Positions 29,430 through 38,584 of a DNA stretch of 64,000 nucleotides are shown here, piece by piece. The stretch covers positions 384,001 through 448,000 of the forward strand of contig CAVYGB010000010.1 in NCBI GenBank assembly GCA_963767925.1. Reading direction: 5' to 3'. The notes beneath the pieces are model-generated. The model saw only the letters and a list, made by a program, of their open reading frames with translations, was not told the origin of the DNA and searched no databases. Made by a program: the position numbers and the translations under genes. Source of the DNA: an uncultured delta proteobacterium. GTDB lineage: Bacteria > Myxococcota_A > Polyangia > Fen-1088. Each line of letters opens with the position of its first letter. Within the stretch, counting starts at the first letter, position 1.

Positions 29430-30112
29430 CGCGCGTGCGGCACATCCTCTGGGCGCTCGTCACGGCGGGATGCGCGACCCCCCGGTTGCCGCCGCCCGCG
29501 GAGCTGGTACGCGCAACCCCGCCTTCCGCGGAGGGGACCTGCACGATCGCGGGCCCGGTTCCGTCCGATCTTCACGCCGTGTTCGTCGCGCGCGGCGCCT
29601 CGCTGCCCGTCGCCGACGGCTACTTGCTGTCCTGCACCTGTGGCGGCCGTTCCCTGGAGGGCGGCGCCGAGCGGCGCGGCCTGGCAGGTGGCACCGAAGA
29701 TCGCGCCCTGGCCGGCGCCGTGGAAGACCGCGCCCTGGCCGGCCAATCCGAGGAGCGGGCCCTGGCCGGCGCGACGGAAGATCGCGCGCTGGCCGGGCAG
29801 GCCGAGGAGCGGGCCCTGGCCGGCGCGGTGGAGAGCCGGGCCCTGGCCGGGCAGGCCGAGGAGCGGGCCCTGGCGGGTGGCACCGAAGATCGCGCGCTGG
29901 CCGGCGCCACCGAGGATCGCGGTCTGGCCGGCGCGGTGGAGAGCCGGGCCCTGGCCGGCGCCTCCGAGGATCGCGGCCTGGCCGGCGCGGCCGCCGCCTT
30001 GACCTGCCACCTGCGTCCTGACTGCGAAGGGTACGTCGTCAGCGGACACGGTCTGCTGCGGTACTACGACGGCCAGCAACTCGTGGCCGCGAGCGGCCGC
30101 TGCGTGCGCTGA
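29426..30112 (+). CDS. Lipoprotein with tandem 9-aa repeats E[DES]RALAGxx
   Basis: LVTAGC lipobox; GTGA overlap with the PDZ gene; 12 repeats flanked by Cys-containing segments. Confidence 0.75.
   Translation: MTRVRHILWALVTAGCATPRLPPPAELVRATPPSAEGTCTIAGPVPSDLHAVFVARGASLPVADGYLLSCTCGGRSLEGGAERRGLAGGTEDRALAGAVEDRALAGQSEERALAGATEDRALAGQAEERALAGAVESRALAGQAEERALAGGTEDRALAGATEDRGLAGAVESRALAGASEDRGLAGAAAALTCHLRPDCEGYVVSGHGLLRYYDGQQLVAASGRCVR
29669..29992 (+). repeat. 12 x 27-bp in-frame tandem repeat (plus one degenerate unit at 29642-29668)
   Basis: Core GCCCTGGCCGG recurs every 27 bp; units begin with GAR at 29669 through 29966. Confidence 0.92.
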
Positions 30113-30132
30113 ACGCCAACAGGGAGGAGCCC

Positions 30133-30858
30133 ATGCCCGTGTCCGAGGCCCGGTCCAACATCTCGATCGCTGACGGTCGCCCCTGGCGCTTTCCGCCGGC
30201 GGCGCTCGCCGCCCTGCTCCTGGCAGGGGCCGCCGCCTCTGGCTGCGTCTTCTCGAACATGACGTTGCGGCCACCGGCGCACGCCAAGGTGACCAGCGCG
30301 ACGACTCCCGTCGCGCAGGGGCGAGAGATCCTGCTTGTCGTGCCCTTCACCGACCAGCGCCCGATCAAAGACCAATGCGGCATGAAGAAGAACGGCTTCA
30401 ACATGGTGACCTCGCGCATCGATTGCTCGGCGCCGCCCGACCAGTTCCTGTCCCAGCTCCTCGGCCAGGAGCTGACCGCCGCCGGCTTCAAGGTTGTCAC
30501 CGATCCCGCCCAGGCGACCTCGGCGGCGATCCGGATCGAGGGGGTACTCTTGCAATTCTTCGCCGAGCCGCACGCCGCCTACACGACCACTCCCGAGGCG
30601 GACATCGAGCTGCGCTTGCTGGCCTCCAGCGCGAGCGGCCTGCAGGCGCAGCGGCGGTTCTACGTCAAGGCGCGGGAGCTCTCGCTTTCGGGCGCGGACC
30701 TCAACTTTCAGCTCGCGGCGAACGACGCGATCAAGCAGGTCCTCAACCGCTCGGTCGCCGCGATCCTGGAGCTCCTGCAGCAGTTCCCGCAGCTCGGGCT
30801 TCCGGCCCAGGAAGAGCTCGCCGCGCGGCGCTCGGTCGGAAAGACGGTGTGGCGATGA
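30133..30858 (+). CDS. Lipoprotein, YajG-like (tentative)
   Basis: GGAGG RBS; AASGC lipobox; FTDQRP...CGMKKNGFNMVTS. Confidence 0.65.
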   Translation: MPVSEARSNISIADGRPWRFPPAALAALLLAGAAASGCVFSNMTLRPPAHAKVTSATTPVAQGREILLVVPFTDQRPIKDQCGMKKNGFNMVTSRIDCSAPPDQFLSQLLGQELTAAGFKVVTDPAQATSAAIRIEGVLLQFFAEPHAAYTTTPEADIELRLLASSASGLQAQRRFYVKARELSLSGADLNFQLAANDAIKQVLNRSVAAILELLQQFPQLGLPAQEELAARRSVGKTVWR

Positions 30859-31091
30859 GGGCGGGGAAGCTGCTGCTGGTGGCGGCGCTCGGGGCGGCGG
30901 CCCTGGGCTGCGCCCGCAAGGTGGTGCTGGACCCCGTCCTGGTCCCCGGGCGCAACGATCCGGCCTGGGTCATCCACCAGCCCCCTGCCCCCACCCGAGC
31001 GGGGCGCGCCTCGGCGCCGGCCGGCGCGCCGGTCCCCACGGTGCCCCGGAAACCGATTCCACCGCCTCTGGGGCGCCCCGCGACCCGCTGA
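30855..31091 (+). CDS. Small Pro-rich lipoprotein, 78 aa
   Basis: ATGA overlap; MRAGKLLLVAALGAAALGC lipobox; RNDPAWVI. Confidence 0.6.
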   Translation: MRAGKLLLVAALGAAALGCARKVVLDPVLVPGRNDPAWVIHQPPAPTRAGRASAPAGAPVPTVPRKPIPPPLGRPATR

Positions 31092-31316
31092 TTCGGCAGG
31101 AAGACGCCGGCACGCGCCGCTTCACGCGACGGCGAACAGTCGGCCACCCGCGACAGGCGATCCTCGACCGCCGTCCGGGGTCTGCGACCACCCGGCAGAG
31201 CGCCGCTTGACCGCGCTGGCGCGCCAGCGCGGTCCATGTAATGTGCGCAGGGAGCGGCCCGACGGTCACCTCGCCGGTGACGCAAAGCCGGCTGCCGGGT
31301 CAAGACCAGGGGATCC

Positions 31317-32535
31317 ATGAAGCACGACGTCTCGAACCACCGCCGCGCCCTGACCGTTGCGCTGGGCGTCTTCCTGATCGCACCTTCCGTTTCGGCGCAA
31401 CCGGGCCGCGGACGCGGCACGCCGATCGCGGCGGAGGCGGCCTGTCCGCCCGGGATGACGGAGACCCGCCCGGGCAACTGCATGGCGCCCGAGGCGACGC
31501 CGCCGAGCATCGTCGACTACCGCCCCCGCTCGACGCTCGTCGTTCCGGGACATGCCCTGCAAGAAGGCGAAATATCCGGTGATCGACTTTCACGGCCACC
31601 CCCAGGGGCGGATCGGGTCGGCCGAGGGGCTCGCCGAGCTGGGCGCGTCGCTCGACACGATCAACGTCCGGCTGATGGTGGCGGCGAACAACATGTCCGG
31701 CGACGAGCTCAAGCGGGTCGTGGCCGCGGTCCGCGAATCGCCCCAGATGAAGGATCGCGTTCGCGTGCTCACCGGCATCAGCTTCCAGGGCGTGGGCCCG
31801 GGCTGGGCCGAGCGCGTGATCGCCCAGCTCGAGGCCGACGTGGCGGCAGGCGCGGTCGGCGTCGGAGAGATCGGCAAGGGCTTCGGCCAGAACACCCGCA
31901 AGGCGGACGGCACCCGGCTCGCGCTCGACGACGCCGCCTTGAAGCCGATCTGGGACGCCTGCGCCCGGCTCAAGCTGCCGGTGTTCATCCACACCGGCGA
32001 CCCGCAGGAGTTCTACCAGCCCTTCGACAACCAGAACGAGCGCTGGCTGGAGATGGCCCTGTTTCCCCGCCGCCGCATCCCGCCCGAGCAGCGTCCGACC
32101 TTCGACGAGCTGATGAAGGAGCGCGACAATCTGTTCCGGAACAACCCGAAGACCACCTTCGTCGCGGCGCACATGGGCTGGCACGCGAACGACCTCGAGC
32201 GCCTGGGCAAGATGCTGACCGAGATGCCGAACCTGTACACCGAGGTCGGAGCGGTGCTGTACGACATCGGCCGGCAGCCGCGGGCGGCCCGCGACTTCTT
32301 CGTGAAGTACCAGGACCGCATCCTGTTCGGGAAGGACTCCTTCCAGCCCGAGGAGTACCCGTATTACTGGCGGGTCTTCGAGACGCGGGACGACTACTTC
32401 GACTACTACCGGAACTACCACGCGTTCTGGAAGCTGTACGGCATCGACTTGCCGGACGCCGTCCTCAAGAAGGTCTACTACCAGAACGCCCTGCGAATCA
32501 CGCCAGGTCTTCCGAAGGCCGGCTGGCCACGATAG
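31317..32535 (+). CDS. Secreted amidohydrolase-family protein with one frameshift near 31558
   Basis: Signal peptide and SIVDYRPRSTLVV in one frame; KAKYPVIDFHGH, GEIGK, IHTGDP, AHMGW, DRILFGKD in the next. Confidence 0.85.
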
Positions 32536-32903
32536 GCGCCGCCCGGGGGCGGGAGGCCCGCACGTTCAGGGCGCTGATCGCCCGGTGACAGGTTGAACCG
32601 AGCCGTGGGCGAACGCCGCCGACAGTTCGTGAACGTCGACACGGGCCTGCCACCATCGGCCGGCACACTGGGCGGCGATGAACCACGCTGGCGGCCGTCC
32701 GCGCGTGGTTGCCAGAAGCGGCTCGCTGAAGGCGGGCCGGGATTCCCCCCGACTCCACTTCTCGCCGCGGCCTGCCGGACCGAGCCTGGCCGGCAGCTTC
32801 GGCACGATTCGCCGGGCCCACCACTCCCAGGCGAGCGGCGCGCGGCCCGTCGGAGGCGGGAGCGAGGACCAGCGGCGCGCCACTTCGTGAGCTGTCCAAC
32901 AAA

Positions 32904-33257
32904 ATGCATCGCATCCACGAAGAGCCGGCTACACTGTGGCTCGTGACCGAACCCCGCGTCCGAGTCGAAGTTGACGGCCAGAATGTTGCCTATGGAAAGC
33001 GCCTGCACATCCTCCCCGACATCCCCATCCGGATGCCGCTCGACCCGGAGGATCTCGTATCGCGGGCGTACCTCAACGCCTGGGCACTCTCCAAGGAAGA
33101 GCGAGACGCGGTCCTGATCGATCTCGGCGGCGCCAAGCGCGCGGTGCGGGTCAAGGTCGCGATCCACGATGACGCCTGCTTCTTCTACGCCAGCCAGACG
33201 CCGGTCATCAGCGAGCGCGTTCGCTTCCAGCGCGAGCGCTACCCCGTCAAGCAGTAG
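32904..33257 (+). CDS. Hypothetical protein, 117 aa
   Basis: Globular-looking composition and GC3-rich codons; no family recognised. Confidence 0.55.
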   Translation: MHRIHEEPATLWLVTEPRVRVEVDGQNVAYGKRLHILPDIPIRMPLDPEDLVSRAYLNAWALSKEERDAVLIDLGGAKRAVRVKVAIHDDACFFYASQTPVISERVRFQRERYPVKQ

Positions 33258-33356
33258 GGCCTCCGGGCCAGCCAGCGGGCGCACCACCTCGCCCGTTCTG
33301 CGCCAAGAGCGCACGCTCCGTCACCGCTGAACGGCTGCACCGCGCGTCGCGCGCGC

Positions 33357-34334
33357 TCAGGGCACCTGCCGCGAGGCAGGTCCGCTCCTGGCGCGCCGTC
33401 GCACCAGCCGGCCAGCGAGGATGACAGCGCCGACCACCACCCCGCCGGCGATCAGCCCGACGAGGGCGTTGCCCAGCGCGGGCGCCAGGAACGCGAGCAG
33501 CCCGCCGACCCCAGGGACGGCGCCCGCATGTTCGGCGGTGCCCTCGATAAGGTGGTCCAGGGGCGGGATGCCGTGAGTGAGGATGCCGCCGCCCACCAGG
33601 AACATGGCCACCGTCCCGGCGATCGACAGCCCCTTCATCATATAGGGCGCTGCCCGCAAGATCCCGGTCCCGAGGCTGCGCTGGAAGCGCGCCGAGACGG
33701 CCTGGCCCGGGCGCTGGCTGAGGTGCAGCCCGGCGTCGTCCAGCTTGACGATGCCGGCCACGAAGCCATACACCCCCACGGTCATCACCAGCGCGATGGC
33801 GGTGAGGACGCTGACGCGGGTGACGAACGAAGACGCCGCCACGGTGCCCAGCGTGATGGCGACGATCTCCGCCGAGAGGATGAAGTCGGTGCGGATGGCG
33901 CCCTTGATCTTGTCCTTCTCGAGGGCGACGAGATCAACGCTGGGATCGACCAGGGCGGCGACGTGCTTTTCGCGGTGGTCGGCGTCCTCAGCCGGCCCGT
34001 GCAGCAGCTTGTGGGCGACCTTCTCGAAGCCCTCGTAACACAGGAACGCGCCGCCGATCATGAGCAGCGGCACCACCGCCCAGGGGATGAGGGCGCTGAT
34101 CGCCAGCGCCGCCGGGACCAGGATGGCCTTGTTCAGCAGCGAGCCTTTGGCCACCGCCCACACCACCGGCAGCTCCCGGCTGGCGTCCACGCCGCTGACC
34201 TGCTGGGCGTTGAGCGCGAGGTCATCGCCGAGAACGCCCGCCGTCTTCTTGGCGGCGACCTTGGTCAACACCGCCACATCGTCGAGGACGCTGGCGATGT
34301 CGTCGATCAGCGCCAGCAAACTGCCACCCGCCAT
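33357..34334 (-). CDS. yedI: DUF808 / YedI-family inner membrane protein
   Basis: [16 protein letters not shown]...[18 protein letters not shown]...[13 protein letters not shown]...[13 protein letters not shown]. Confidence 0.92.
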   Translation of the reverse strand: MAGGSLLALIDDIASVLDDVAVLTKVAAKKTAGVLGDDLALNAQQVSGVDASRELPVVWAVAKGSLLNKAILVPAALAISALIPWAVVPLLMIGGAFLCYEGFEKVAHKLLHGPAEDADHREKHVAALVDPSVDLVALEKDKIKGAIRTDFILSAEIVAITLGTVAASSFVTRVSVLTAIALVMTVGVYGFVAGIVKLDDAGLHLSQRPGQAVSARFQRSLGTGILRAAPYMMKGLSIAGTVAMFLVGGGILTHGIPPLDHLIEGTAEHAGAVPGVGGLLAFLAPALGNALVGLIAGGVVVGAVILAGRLVRRRARSGPASRQVP

Positions 34335-34683
34335 GACGGCACGACGCTATCACGGACAGCGTCAGCGCCGGGCGGTGAAAGGGACCGCGCGCGGGGGGCG
34401 TGGTCCGCGGCCGCCGGTCACCCCCGCGCTCGGTGCGCGGAGACGATCTCGCGGAAGCGATTCTCTTCCCAGGTCCAGTCCTCCCGGACCATGCGCGGGC
34501 CTGGCGGGCGCCTCTGACCTGCCTCGGGGCGGTTGGACCCCTTGGAGCGGCGAGGGCGGCGTTCATCGTTGCGGCGCATCTTCATTTCGGGGGTCTTCTT
34601 AGCACGGGCTCGGCCTTCAGCGGCGCCCGGTTCGCGCGCAAAGATCGCTGACTTCTTTTGACCACTCGGCCATACCTCTGGCC

Positions 34684-35295
34684 ATGGCCCCGGTGGTTCC
34701 GGACCCGAAGAAGATCAAGAGCTTCCCCACCGAGGCGGCGTTCGAGCGCTGGCTGGCCGCGCACCACGACCGGGAGACGGAGATCTGGCTGAAGGTCTTC
34801 AAGAAGGGCTCGAAGGTGCCGTCGGTGACCTGTCCGCAGGCGCTGGACGTCGCGCTCTGCTGGGGGTGGATCGACGGCATCCGCAAGTCCCTCGACGAGA
34901 GCTCGTTCCTGCAGCGCTACAGCCCGCGCCGGTCCCGCAGCATCTGGAGTCAGATCAACCGCGACAACGTGGCCCGGCTGACGGCGGCGGGCCGCATGAC
35001 CGAACACGGCCAGCGGCAGGTGGACGCCGCCCGGGCGGACGGGCGCTGGGAGGCGGCCTACGCCCCCATGCGCAGCGCGACCACCGCCACCGTCCCCGAC
35101 GATCTGCGCGCGGCCATCGAGGCGAACCCCCGGGCGCGCAAGCGGTTCAACACCCTCGGGCGGCCAAACCTCTTCGCCCTGGCCTTCCGCGTGAACAACC
35201 TGAAGACCCCCGCCGGACGCGCCCGGAAGATCGCCGAGCTGGTGGCGATGCTGGCCCGGGGCGAGACCATCGTCCCCGAGCCCGGGCGCTCGTGA
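34684..35295 (+). CDS. YdeI/OmpD-associated family protein
   Basis: WLAAHH..EIWL...ALCWGWIDG...PRRSRSIWSQINR...VPDDL. Confidence 0.9.
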   Translation: MAPVVPDPKKIKSFPTEAAFERWLAAHHDRETEIWLKVFKKGSKVPSVTCPQALDVALCWGWIDGIRKSLDESSFLQRYSPRRSRSIWSQINRDNVARLTAAGRMTEHGQRQVDAARADGRWEAAYAPMRSATTATVPDDLRAAIEANPRARKRFNTLGRPNLFALAFRVNNLKTPAGRARKIAELVAMLARGETIVPEPGRS

Positions 35296-35422
35296 CGCCG
35301 GGCCCCAGCAGCCCGCTGGACGACACGAGGGTCAAAGGTTCAACATCTGGTCGGGCACCGCTGAATACGCCGGCGTGCCGCCGCATGAACGCTATCGCTC
35401 AACCAGACACGGACAGGGTGCG

Positions 35423-36160
35423 ATGAAAATGACTGGAGAAGCAAAGGCGCCGGGACGCATCGAGGGAGCGATCGCGCGCCTCTTCATGAAGCGCGTCCTG
35501 GTTCGCGAATCACGCGCGCTCGACGAACGCTTCCGTCTGGTCACGCTGAGCGGCGAGTCGCTTCGAGGCATTCGGTGGACGCCCGGGCAGAAGGTGCAAG
35601 TGGCGCTCGGCGGCTGGGTCTATCGAACCTTCACGCCGCTCTCCTGGGACGCGGTCGAGGGCTCCACGCAGCTCCTCCTGTTCCTCCACGGCGAAGCCCC
35701 GGGCGCGGTCTGGGGGCGCACCCTGGCGGCCGGTGATTCGTGCACGATGTTCGGTCCGCGCCATTCGCTCGCCCTCGACACGCTCGATCGGCCCGCGCTG
35801 CTCTTTGGCGACGAGACCTCGTTCGCGCTGGCCCACGCGATGCGCTTCACCTCCCGAGGCGCAGAAGGCGTCCGCATGGTGTTCGAGGTGGACTCCCGGG
35901 AAATCGCCGAAGGCATCCTGGGGGACCTCGGGGTCGCCGACTTCGATCTGATCGAACGAAGGCCGAACGATGCCCACCTGAGCGAGGTCGAGGAGGTCGC
36001 CGCCGGTCACCTGCAGGCTCGCTCCATCAAGAGCTGCGCCCTCTCGGGCAAGGCGTCTTCGATCCAGAGGCTGAACAAGCGCCTGCGCGCGCTCGGCCTC
36101 TCGAGCGCCCAGCTTCGAACGCGGGCCTACTGGGCAACGGGGAAGGTGGGCCTGGACTGA
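35423..36160 (+). CDS. Siderophore-interacting protein / FAD-binding oxidoreductase
   Basis: PGQKVQV, RTFTP, GPR, LFGDETS, RAYW..G. Confidence 0.82.
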   Translation: MKMTGEAKAPGRIEGAIARLFMKRVLVRESRALDERFRLVTLSGESLRGIRWTPGQKVQVALGGWVYRTFTPLSWDAVEGSTQLLLFLHGEAPGAVWGRTLAAGDSCTMFGPRHSLALDTLDRPALLFGDETSFALAHAMRFTSRGAEGVRMVFEVDSREIAEGILGDLGVADFDLIERRPNDAHLSEVEEVAAGHLQARSIKSCALSGKASSIQRLNKRLRALGLSSAQLRTRAYWATGKVGLD

Positions 36161-36762
36161 GGAGCCTTGCGGTCCGCGCGCGGTCGTGTGGGGAGCGGCG
36201 GAGTGGGGGTCAGACGTGATCTTCTGGCCGTCCTTCGCGGCTGCCGGTGTCGTGCCGGTTGGCATCGTCGCCACGGCGATCCACCTGGTCTTCGCCGTCC
36301 TCGAGCTCTGGGCGTACGTGGCGCGCGCCTCACGCGCGACCGCCGCCAGCGGCTGAGCTTCCGTTACGTCGACAGGTGAGCCGGGGTGGAGGCCTCGGGG
36401 CACTTCGAGGCGGGGGGCGGGCCGGGCCGATGAGGCGGCCGGCTGCGGGCGGCATGGGTCTAGACGCGAGTCGCCGCCGCGGATGGCCATGGGCGAGCGA
36501 GGCCGGGTTGGAATTTTACACGGACGCGGATTGACCGGGAAAAGCCTGGAGACTCGCGTGGATAAGACGGGCGGGACCGCCCGGGGGGGCGCGGCGGCGC
36601 GGCCAGCGGACCCCCTGAACCGTTTCTATCGTGTGGTTTTTTTGATCCGATCTGCCCCAGTGATCGTACACGGACGGATAGAGCACGTGTGACCGCTTGT
36701 CGTGGTGCGCGAGTACCGCCATGGCCCAGGTAGTCACTCCCTCATCCCCCCAAGGAGTGCAG

Positions 36763-38475
36763 ATGAAGAATATGTTTCGATCCGCGGCGCTCGCCGCAAC
36801 CTTCTCGTTGCTTGGAGCGGCGTGCGTCGAATACCAGCCGCGCAACTCCGTGAACCGCGTGGACGGCGGCGGTCGCCTGGACGCCGGCGGTCGCCTGGAC
36901 GGCGGGGGCGGCGGCCCGGGCACCCTGTACGCACGGCTGGGCGGTGAGCCCGCGATCCGCACCGTTGTCACCGACTTCGTGACCCGCGTGGTGAAGGATC
37001 CCAAGATCAACGGCTACTTCCTCAACTCCTCGATCAGCGGCGCCCGGGTGATCGACTGCCTCGTCATCCAGGTCAGCTCGCTGACCGGCAGCGGGCAGGC
37101 CTACCCCGGCATGAGCGGCTGCCGTGAGATGAAGGCGCTTCACGCCGGCATGAAGATCTCCAAGCAGGACTTCGACGACACGGCCGGCCACCTCGCGGCC
37201 GCCCTCAGCGCCGCCCGCGTGCCCGCGGCGGACGCCAACACGATCCTCACCGCCGTCGCCGGGACCGCCCCCGACATCATCGAAGACGGTGGCAACAACG
37301 CCACGGTGTACCAGCGGGTGGGCCGCAAGCCGGCCATCGCCACCGTCGTGGATCTGTTCGTCAACCGGGTGGCAGCCGACCCCCGCATCAATGGCTTCTT
37401 CGCCGGGGGCGACATCGCCCGTCTGAAGACCTGCCTGGTCCGGCAGGTGTGCAACATCGATGGCCCCTGCAAATACGGGGAAGAGGTCATGGACGCCTCC
37501 GAGCCAGGGGTTGGCCCGGGCAACCGGGCCTGCAGGGACATGCGCTCGCTCCACCTCGGGCTGAAGCTCGGTGGCGCTGCGGGCCGGACCATCGCCAAGG
37601 CCGACTTCGACGCCCTGGTCGAGGACCTGGTCGCGGTGCTCGACCAGGCGGGCGTGCCGGCGGCGGACAAGAACGCCATCCTGGGCGCCCTCGGTCCCCA
37701 GTGCGACGACATCGTGGCCGGCGGCGCCGGGTGCCCCGGTCGTCGGGTCGTGGCCCTGACCAGCGCCAACGCCATCGTTGTCTTCGATTCCAAGACGCCG
37801 GGCACGACCACCGCGCCCATCGCGGTGACCGGCCTGGCCCAGAACGAGACCCTGCACGGCATCACCTTCCGGCCGAAGAACAACCAGCTCATCGGCCTGG
37901 GGTCGAGCAGCCGCATGTACACCATCAACCCCGCCACCGGGGCAGCCACCCCCATCGGCCCGGGCCCCTTCACGCCCGCGCTGAACGGCACGGTCTTCGG
38001 GTTCGACTTCAACCCGACGGTCGACCGCATCCGGGTGGTGAGCGACACGGGGCAGAACCTGCGCATGCACCCCGACACCGGCGCGCTGGCGGGCATGGAC
38101 GCCAACATCAACCCGGGCGGGCTCACCGTCTCGGCGGTGGCCTACACCAACAGCTCGCCCAGCGCCTCCCGGCGGTTCACCACGCTCTACAACATCGACG
38201 TCACCGGGAACAAGCTGGTCACGCAGGGAGGCCTCAACGGCAATCCCTCGCCCAACACCGGCATCCTGATCGACGTCGGTCCGCTGGGCGTAGACCCCAC
38301 GGGCGCCGCCGGGTTCGACATCGTGTACCTGGGCGCCTCGAACTACGCCTACGCGGCGATGACCGTCGGCGGAGCCACCTCGCTGTATTCGATCTCGCTG
38401 GCCACCGGGGCCGCCACCGCGGTGGCCCCCATCGGCGGCGGCGTCGCGGTCAAGGCCCTCGCGATCCTGCCCTGA
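36763..38475 (+). CDS. Lipoprotein with two group-I truncated hemoglobin domains and a C-terminal DUF4394-like domain
   Basis: AAGGAG RBS; LGAAC lipobox; LYARLGG..DPKINGYF..MKALHAGM; VYQRVG..DPRINGFF..MRSLHLGL; then GITFRP..FDFNPTVDRIRVVS..AYTNS..LYNID. Confidence 0.85.
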   Translation: MKNMFRSAALAATFSLLGAACVEYQPRNSVNRVDGGGRLDAGGRLDGGGGGPGTLYARLGGEPAIRTVVTDFVTRVVKDPKINGYFLNSSISGARVIDCLVIQVSSLTGSGQAYPGMSGCREMKALHAGMKISKQDFDDTAGHLAAALSAARVPAADANTILTAVAGTAPDIIEDGGNNATVYQRVGRKPAIATVVDLFVNRVAADPRINGFFAGGDIARLKTCLVRQVCNIDGPCKYGEEVMDASEPGVGPGNRACRDMRSLHLGLKLGGAAGRTIAKADFDALVEDLVAVLDQAGVPAADKNAILGALGPQCDDIVAGGAGCPGRRVVALTSANAIVVFDSKTPGTTTAPIAVTGLAQNETLHGITFRPKNNQLIGLGSSSRMYTINPATGAATPIGPGPFTPALNGTVFGFDFNPTVDRIRVVSDTGQNLRMHPDTGALAGMDANINPGGLTVSAVAYTNSSPSASRRFTTLYNIDVTGNKLVTQGGLNGNPSPNTGILIDVGPLGVDPTGAAGFDIVYLGASNYAYAAMTVGGATSLYSISLATGAATAVAPIGGGVAVKALAILP

Positions 38476-38543
38476 CGGCAGCCGCTCCTGGAGGGTGGCC
38501 GGGCCCCTGGCTCGGCCGCCCTCACCTTCCGCGTTCCACGAAG

Positions 38544-38584
38544 CCCCCCGGTCCGACCGCTCAGCGAGCGGTCGCGGGGGGTTT
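38544..38584. terminator. Stem-loop at convergent gene ends
   Basis: CGACCGCTC-AGC-GAGCGGTCG inner stem within CCCCCCG/CGGGGGG, followed by TTT. Confidence 0.45.

Noticed and set aside
29642..29992. Regular short repeats as a possible CRISPR array
   Set aside because: Contiguous 27-bp in-frame units with no unique spacers and no cas genes; it is a coding repeat
31545..31570. Programmed frameshift in the amidohydrolase
   Set aside because: No slippery sequence; a single extra base like the other +1 errors nearby
36216..36356. 47-codon hydrophobic ORF (VIFWPSF...AASG)
   Set aside because: Looks like a gene remnant; too short to assign
36640..36660. FNR-like site TTGAT upstream of the globin gene
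   Set aside because: Second half-site and spacing do not match TTGAT-N4-ATCAA
36859..36912. 18-bp tandem repeat encoding D[GA]GGRL
   Set aside because: Ordinary low-complexity lipoprotein linker
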